NCBI GenBank assembly: GCA_051294375.1
Contig: CM119265.1
Span: 17,850,893 to 17,914,892 of the forward strand
Length of the DNA: 64,000 bases
Origin: Paraspadella gotoi
Taxonomy: Eukaryota; Animalia; Chaetognatha
Reading direction: 5' to 3'
Under the pieces are notes generated by a model. It saw only the letters and a list, made by a program, of their open reading frames with translations, had not been told where the DNA came from and did no database searches. Positions 56,626 through 64,000 of the stretch are shown in pieces. The position numbers were made by a program, and so were the translations under genes. Every line of letters starts with the position of its first letter. Positions within the stretch are counted from its first letter, which is position 1.

Positions 56626-58878
56626 GCGCAATAGCGCAGCACGATTTAATGGAAGTTATAAATTTGGAAAAGAAAGAAACAAAAAAACCTCTTTTTCGGC
56701 GTCATCCTTTCTCTCTTTTTCGGCCAGAATTTTTTCTGAATTTTGACGTTCTCGCCGCGGGGAGCGCTTCTCGGAGTCTCTACCAGCGGCGCCACGGGAT
56801 AGGACTCTTCTGTAAAAAAAAAGAACAACTATCGGAGAGAAAATATAACGAATAACAAATTTTATTCTTTTGTTGGACGCATAATTTGAGTTAATTGAAA
56901 TACTTTAATATCTAAGAGTTATAAAATATTTTTTTTAAACTTAAAAAAAATTTTTTTAAATTTAAATTGTAACAATTTATAACCTATCCTGACGCAGTGA
57001 AGTCCATTCACGACTCCCGTCTGCCGTAGACGATAAGGTGGCAGATATGAGGGTGGGCGGCAGAAGAAGAGGGTGAGGCGCGGATGTTGCGAAGCTGGTG
57101 ACAGATGAAAAGGAGCTGCTTGCTGTCTCCACGGCGGCGCGTTCTTTAGTATGGACCTCCCATTTCGTCGACAGGTAATGACGACGACGGCGAGAATGTG
57201 GGTAAGTTCGCGCGAATGACGTTTCTAGCGCCGGGGAAGTGAAGGTCGACGGCGCTATGTGGAAATCTGAGAGTATGACGCCGCCGCCCGGAGCCACTCA
57301 CTCTCCGGCGTCGAGGCGTTCCTGGCGGCGCGGCGCCGGATTCCGTCGTTCGGACTCCGCCTCGGCGGCCTCGTCGGTGGCGAAGCGGCGACGATTCGCC
57401 GGGGTCGTCGGCGCCGACGAGGGGGCGTGCTGAGGGCGAGTGAACGATACCCTATGACGGCGTCGGTAGAGACAAAATGTCAATAGACGATTCGGAAACA
57501 TTCGTTTAAAAAAAAAAATGTTTGATACCCTTCGTTTCTTTTGTTTCTTTAAAATATTTTTGACTTTTTGAAATCAAAAATAAACTCCGCCGTTCGAAAA
57601 GTACGCGACGAATCAAAACGGAAAAAGATTTCCGAAAAGAAAACGGAAGTTCGCGGGTTTTTTTTCTTTGTTTTTTTTTTTTAAATATTTTTTTCTCGAC
57701 GGCGACGATCGACGTCGACGCCTCTCGTCGCCAGGTTTTTTCTTTCGCTCGAAAACCGCGCGGTTCTCCTCTTCCTCTCTTCTCTTCTTCTCTTCCGTCT
57801 TATTCTCTTTTTTTTTTTTTGCCCCCCTCCATCTCTCGCTCTCGTCTCGTCCTTTTCTCTCCTTTTTTTTTGTTTGCTTCTCTTAGGTTGACTTTCCTTT
57901 CCTCTCTTGTCCTTTCCTCCCTTTCCTTTTTTCCTTTCCTCCGCTTTCCTTTTCCGCTTCCGATTCGTCTGTTCTTCCTTCCTTCCTACTCTTTTTTTTC
58001 TCTTCTTCTTTCTCGGCCTTTGTCTCCTTTTGTTTGCTCTTGTATTTTCCCGTTTTTCTCTTTTTCTCCCTATTATTTCTTCGTCAACGAATTCTTTGTT
58101 TCTTCCTCTTTCAGAAATCGAAAGTTGGTTTAATCTTGAAGCTGCGAAACTTTCAAATTGGCGGAACACGGATGGAATCCTTTGCTTATAATGCATAGTT
58201 TATCTCAACAATCTCATCGACAGATGGCACGTTTCAAGGGGTAAATCACAATGTCTCCGGAGTATATAGATTAAACATACAAATTGTACATTACAATAAG
58301 AGTCTATACGAAAGCAAATTAATCAAGACGACATCTATGCTGCATTAATTAAAAATACTTACAACATTTAAGAATTATTTTAGGTTGCACTATTTACAAA
58401 TATTTACAGCGTTATAGTTTGTACTATAATTTCATCCTACAATATTATATGCGATTTTATTCGAATACAACGAGGTTGATTCAGTGACATCATCTCAACA
58501 AACAAACAAACAAAGAAGACTAAGTCTAAGCAAAAAAAAAAAAAACAATTATAAAATAGAGAGAAAAAACAGTTAATTAAATAAAATTAATTAATTAAAA
58601 TTTAATATTGGTCAGTCCATTTATTATAAATAAAAATAATCTATTAATCATAAAATTTACTTATAAAGTTTAAACATATAAAGGTTATGAATAGTTGTAA
58701 ACTGATTATTGAGGACAACGCGCGACGCGGCGAGAATTTTCATTGAAAACCCTGTAGGGATTTTACGATTGTTTTTCTTTCGAGGGAAGATGTCGCGGAG
58801 ATTCGCGGCAGCGCGGGATGATTTGTTTGTTTATTAACCTTTAGATGGAGATGGGAACATCAATGCGTTTTAACAGAC

Positions 58879-58975
<97 letters not shown>

Positions 58976-59307
58976 AGTGGGGGGTGAAACAAAACATGGG
59001 ATGAAGGAGGACAGATGATTTGTGATTTAAAAGAGATTAAAGAGTTTAAGAGAAAAGCGGAAGCTAGTGAGAGTGAGAGAAAGCCCCAATATTTGCGTTT
59101 TTCTCTCTGGCCACAAAACCTAGTTTTTCTTAGTGCGAGTGTACCTTAGTAGTCCTCAGGTTCTGATTCCAAGTAATCCATAAATCCGAGAGCACGGAGG
59201 CAGTATATTGGTTTTTAAAGCCGATTTTACTTTGGAGCGTGAAAGTGAAAACGTTTCAAATTTCCGGAGCTGAGAATTTCCTTTTCACTTATCAGATTCT
59301 TTCTTTT

Positions 59308-59367
<60 letters not shown>

Positions 59368-59674
59368 TTCTTTCTTTCTTCTTTTTTTTCTTTTTTTACT
59401 TTTATTCTTTTTCTTTCTTTCTTTTTTTTCTTTATCCTCGTTATTTCAATCTTCTTTTTTTATTTAATATTTCTTTTTATTAACATTTTATTTATTTTTT
59501 TTGTTTTGAGATATTCATTCAATTCGGCAAAGAACAAGCAAAGCAGACTTCCCATGAAAAGTATATCTCGTGGGTTCAGAGTCAAGTCTCTTCCACGTTA
59601 AGAAGATAACGACTTTACCGTAGAACTACGGCCTTACCTAAAAAAAACCAGACCCTACTTTCAAAATTATCAGC

Positions 59675-62600
59675 ATGGAAGCCTCTCGGAACCGGGCCCA
59701 TACTTCCGGAGAAGAGGGTCATAGGGTAAGTACCGCTTGGTTCGGCGAATAAAGAGGGTGAGGAAAAAAATAGTTATCGAGTGAAGACTGGCTTTCGAGT
59801 GAATCTGACATAGAGTAATCTGACGTTGCGTGACCCACCCTTCTCATCTTGAAGCAAACTGTCAGTAAAACGCGAACATGTCGTCCAACGCGACTCCTTA
59901 CCGTCCGCGCCTGATCGCTCAAACCTTGCGCGAGAGAGGGGAGCTGGAGTGGAGCGACCTGCCACCGATTCCCGTTCCGGAAGCGGACCTCAAGGACGAG
60001 AACACCCGCACGCTTTTTGGTCAGGCTCGATATTTTCTTTTTTTAAGGGGGGGGTTTACTTTATTTTTATGGGTAACTCTTCTTTTCAGCGCGTAATCGC
60101 CACGCCCGCTGAGAACATCGTGGAATTCAGTCACGTGACTCAGGAATGGACGCGTCACGCGGAAATCCCGCAGCTGCACGTTCATCTCGACATGGACGGA
60201 CGCATGGTGCACGTAGAGTCGGACGAAAGTAAAAGATCGTCGGAATCGTCGAACAAAGATGCCGTCATGGCGATGACCTTGGAGGTTGGTCTGGCTAGGG
60301 GAGTTGGACGTTCTTCTTTCAACCAAAGGTGTCGCCTTCGCGCCTGCCCGAATCGTATCGTTATCAATCAAAAAACATTTAATCAAAAAAAAACAAAAAG
60401 ACTATCAAAAACAAAACCAATGACAATCACAACTGTCCCCCTCAGGCGGAGAAGACCACGAGGAACGGCGCCGTGGAGACTGGCCCCGTCAAACGCCTCG
60501 TCAACAAATTCAACTTCGCCGAAGAGATCAGCAGACGTTCAACCTCCGATGCGGGACAAGCACACGCAGACTGACCCGCCGGGTAAGTACGTGCGGACAA
60601 GTTCGACCATGCCGTCTAGCCCCGTGCTGATCAACTCCCCCGCTCCTGGCAGCCCGCGCCACCTTCAGCGCGACGGCCAACTGCTGGGAGATCTACGACG
60701 CCTACAAGGCGGGGGCCGCTCAACGAGGACGACGAGGAAGAGGAGGAGGAAGTGAAGCCGCCCATTGGAGGGGACGATGAGGATGAGACGAAGATGAGTC
60801 GGCCTCGGAGGAGGAGGGGGAGAAGGACGAGGGATTACAAGTTCCATCGGGTAAGTTTATGGTCTTTCTGGTGAAGGATTGTCGGGGTCGATTTTAAAGT
60901 GATTCCGAAATGACAAGAAGCGGCTGCAAATAAATTACTACAGTGCGGTAGAATGGGTTTTTTTTTAACCGTAATTTGAATTTTTTAATTCAATATTATA
61001 ATCATTTATGCTTTTTTTTACTCGATCCCCAGACGTGCTGGCCAAGGTGTCGACGGCGGTGAAAGATCGTGGAGCGCATGGTGATCCAGAACACCTCGGA
61101 CGAAGTCTCCCTCGACTTCAAGTACTACGAAGACGCCGCCGACGATTGTCGCGAAGGCGGCGACGGGACGCTCCTGCCGCTCTGGAAGTTCAATTACGAA
61201 AGGCCAAGTCTCTATCCGTCACCGGAATGAGTTGGAATTTGAGGTAAGATTCGTTTTTGGTTTGAAAGAGATTTATTTTCAAGTTTTTTTTTCGTTATGT
61301 TTTAAAGTTTAATACTAAAAGTTAAAATATAGTTACTTGAAAAACAATATCTCTTGTTGATTTTAGCAGTTTTATCAAAAGTGAATTTCATTGATTTTCC
61401 GTTTGCTAGATCTGAACTGAAGACACTTTGTCGGGCCGATTCCTATTTAGTAGGAGTCTACGTCGTTCTTATGAGAACGAGGAATACATTTTTTTCAATG
61501 CGAGATTTTCGTTCATAGATCTGACTACCAACATCTTGATATCAAACAAGCCAGATAATAGACGCTTCTGGATGGAAAAATTTTCTATCTCTGATTTATA
61601 TAGAAATAAAAGGGATTTCTTCCCTGAATGTATAAACGTGACCGTGGTATGTTCCTGTTCAACAAATGACTCCAATTTGCGAATCCTTGGCAAAGTGTCT
61701 GAAGGGCTCTCAAAATTTTTCTTTACAATTTTATTTGGTTATTTTGATACGGTACGATCATGAAAAAAGTGAATTGTCCACTTTGGTGAAATTTTATTTA
61801 AAGTAAAAGTAAAAGAAGAGCTAACGATCGGATTTCTAGGAGTTTCAACGGAGGCAGATTCGGGAAAAAACTCTTCTATGGCGAAATCTTCCAAAGAAGG
61901 GTTGATTTTCCAAGTTTTGGTTAATATTTCTATATTAGGTGGGATTTTTTGAAACTTATATTAACAATATGCCATCATTCTACCTTTGGCCGGTATAAGA
62001 ATATATAAAAAAACCTCGGGCTGTTGTCAGAGCTTATGTCCTAATTTAGCATATCTGTCATTCACTAATTTCCACACGCTTTTCTCCAGGACCCGATCTC
62101 TTCGCCGTGACCTACGGCTCGATACAACGCGTCCAAGCTAAAAAAAAGGTCTGCTCTGCCTGTTCTCGCGAAAATCCTCGTATCCGATTATGCTACCACC
62201 TGGAGAGAGCGCCATGTGCGTTCGATATCAACCTGTCGATCCGCACTTACTCGCCGTTGGGTTCCAGCGAGCGGGAGGGATGGTTACGGTCTGATATTTG
62301 ACTTTGCAATCGATTGAATAATCCTTTCTTTTTTCGTTGTTAGTTGTTAGTAGAGAAAGCAAAGAATTTTCAAAATGTTTATTAAAATAAATTTGTTTTA
62401 AACATTCTAAAACTTTTCTTTTCTTTACTTGTAACTAAAGTTTGGTAAATAAATATCTTAAATAGAAAAAAAGAGATAAAAACAGATTGGTGTTCAGACG
62501 GTAAGGGGCGTCTTCAACGTAGGCCTCAAGACAACGAAGCCAATCTACTTCTCCAAGCCAATCTAAAGAAGCATTTCGATCCGTCTGGCAGCTTAATGGT

Positions 62601-64000
62601 TGTTAGTTTAACTAGACCTTTTTTTCACGAAGTCTTGAAATAACTATTGGTTCGTTTGTTAGGCAAGATGTGGACATCGGACGGATGCGGAACTTCATTT
62701 CGGTTTCCACCGACGGGAACGTATCAACTGTTGGACGCTGCAAAGGTGAGGGATGTTGCCAGGGAAGGATGATTCAGTAATAAGAGATTTTCATAAATTT
62801 GTTTTATATCTCATGTTTTGATCGCCATGAAAGTCGGATTGATTTTCAATTCGTTTCCAGATCCGAAATACTGAAGCAAGAGATGATCAATATTACCTCG
62901 GCAAAGATCCGGTCGAGATTTCGACGGCACGCACCTTTCAACTACGCTTGTTGCACCTGCTTCGCTTTCACAGGATGGACCCTTTTCTGTATTTGGTTGC
63001 ACGGAATCGGGCGAAGTCTTTTACTCTCCAAGGTGTACCGATCAAATCTTTACGAATGCAAAAAAATAAATGAGTATTAATGTTTATTTTCCTTCGCAGG
63101 GCTACAGCTACGATGTTCAAAAGGTGATAGTGCACCACCACATGTCCGTCAACGCCATCCAGTGGAGTCCGTTCCACAAGGACCTGTACTTGACGGGGGG
63201 CCAGCGACTGCGGTCTCAAGATTTGGGACCAGGACGCGACCAGATCCCATCTTCTCCTTCGACTCTCGGGACCCGTGGCCGACGTCTGTTGGGCTCCTTA
63301 CAGCGGCACCATTTTCGGAGCTTGTACCGAAGAAGGAAAGTGATGAAAAAAAATATATAGTTATTATTTTTTTACCAATCTACTTCTATAAAGGCTATTC
63401 CTACGTATTTACTATATTTAATCAGATGATGATATTTCATCTTCTTGTTTTTATTCAGTTTTAATTGAATGCTCGTAGGTTTACATCTTTGACTTGAACG
63501 TGAACAAGTTCGAGCCCATCTGCCAACAAGCCGTCGTTCAGAAGAAAAAGGCCAAGTTGACTCATTTCGAGTTTAACCCGATCCATCCCATCGTTCTATG
63601 CGGCGACGACAAGTCAGATAATTTGTTCAGTTTAAAGTTTAACTTTAAATTTAATTAACTATCGGTTCTCCAATACTTTTTACTTATAGAACTACAGCAA
63701 TCATCACGATATCTAATTAACTATTTAAGTTTCGGAAAAAGGGGCCAAAGGGCATTGTGACCAATGAGAAAATAACAATCGGTCACGTGTTAACCTAAGC
63801 CGATTTTTTTTGTAAAATGAATAATGAAAGTCGGATGCCCTTTATTTCCATCTGCCTTCAATATCCTTATCTCTCAGAGGCAATTGATCTCGCTCAAGCT
63901 CTCCCCCAATCTCCGCAAAAAGCCAAAGCTGAAGAAGAACGAGGTCATCCACGACGTCCCAAAGTTCGAGCTGGACAAGTTGATGAAGGTTTTGACTCTG
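59675..64000 (+). pseudogene. DNAI1: Second, frameshifted DNAI1 copy (probably an error-rich alternate haplotype rather than a true pseudogene)
   Basis: Same exons as 49431-53183 with many single-base indels but few substitutions; truncated by the window end in the last exon. Confidence 0.6.
61441..62049. mobile_element. ~590-bp insertion in a DNAI1 intron flanked by a 10-11 bp target-site duplication
   Basis: tcctatttag (61441-61450) ... tcctaatttag (62039-62049); the other copy has a single tcctatttag at ~51202-51211 and no insert. No terminal inverted repeat or poly(A) seen. Confidence 0.65.

Larger units (their letters stand above)
56626..64000. repeat. Duplicated block, indel-rich copy of 46383-53183 (runs off the window)
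   Basis: Collinear, with dense 1-nt indels and two structural differences (~58870-59135 and 61441-62049). Confidence 0.95.

Overview
AT-rich, microsatellite-dense (AG, TTTC, TTTCC, GAC) eukaryotic DNA from a ciliated animal with short introns and GC-rich exons, most likely an invertebrate; the species cannot be fixed from the window. Much of it is redundant, indel-rich sequence around three 25-N gaps. A ~6.7 kb block occurs four times in alternating orientation between 1.3 and 28.9 kb, and 46.4-53.2 kb is repeated at 56.6-64 kb, which looks like long-read gap-filling or haplotype redundancy. Genes I could splice by hand with consistent intron phases: axonemal dynein intermediate chain DNAI1 (13 exons, +), calmodulin-like CALML4 (3 exons, -), an AADAC/NCEH1-family hormone-sensitive-lipase-type esterase (2 exons, +, one apparent frameshift), and three low-complexity orphan genes (19.0-19.9 kb +, 36.1-37.1 kb -, 44.6-48.0 kb -). 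There is a tRNA-Gly(CCC) in four redundant copies. I found no CRISPR array, prokaryotic system or clearly novel multi-gene system. Best leads: a ~220-nt chain of adjacent stem-loops (candidate ncRNA), an inversion with both junctions visible whose breakpoint sits on a splice acceptor, a copy-specific 0.6 kb intronic insertion with a target-site duplication and an AT-rich decayed reading frame, and recurrent G|GCGAG GC-AG introns.
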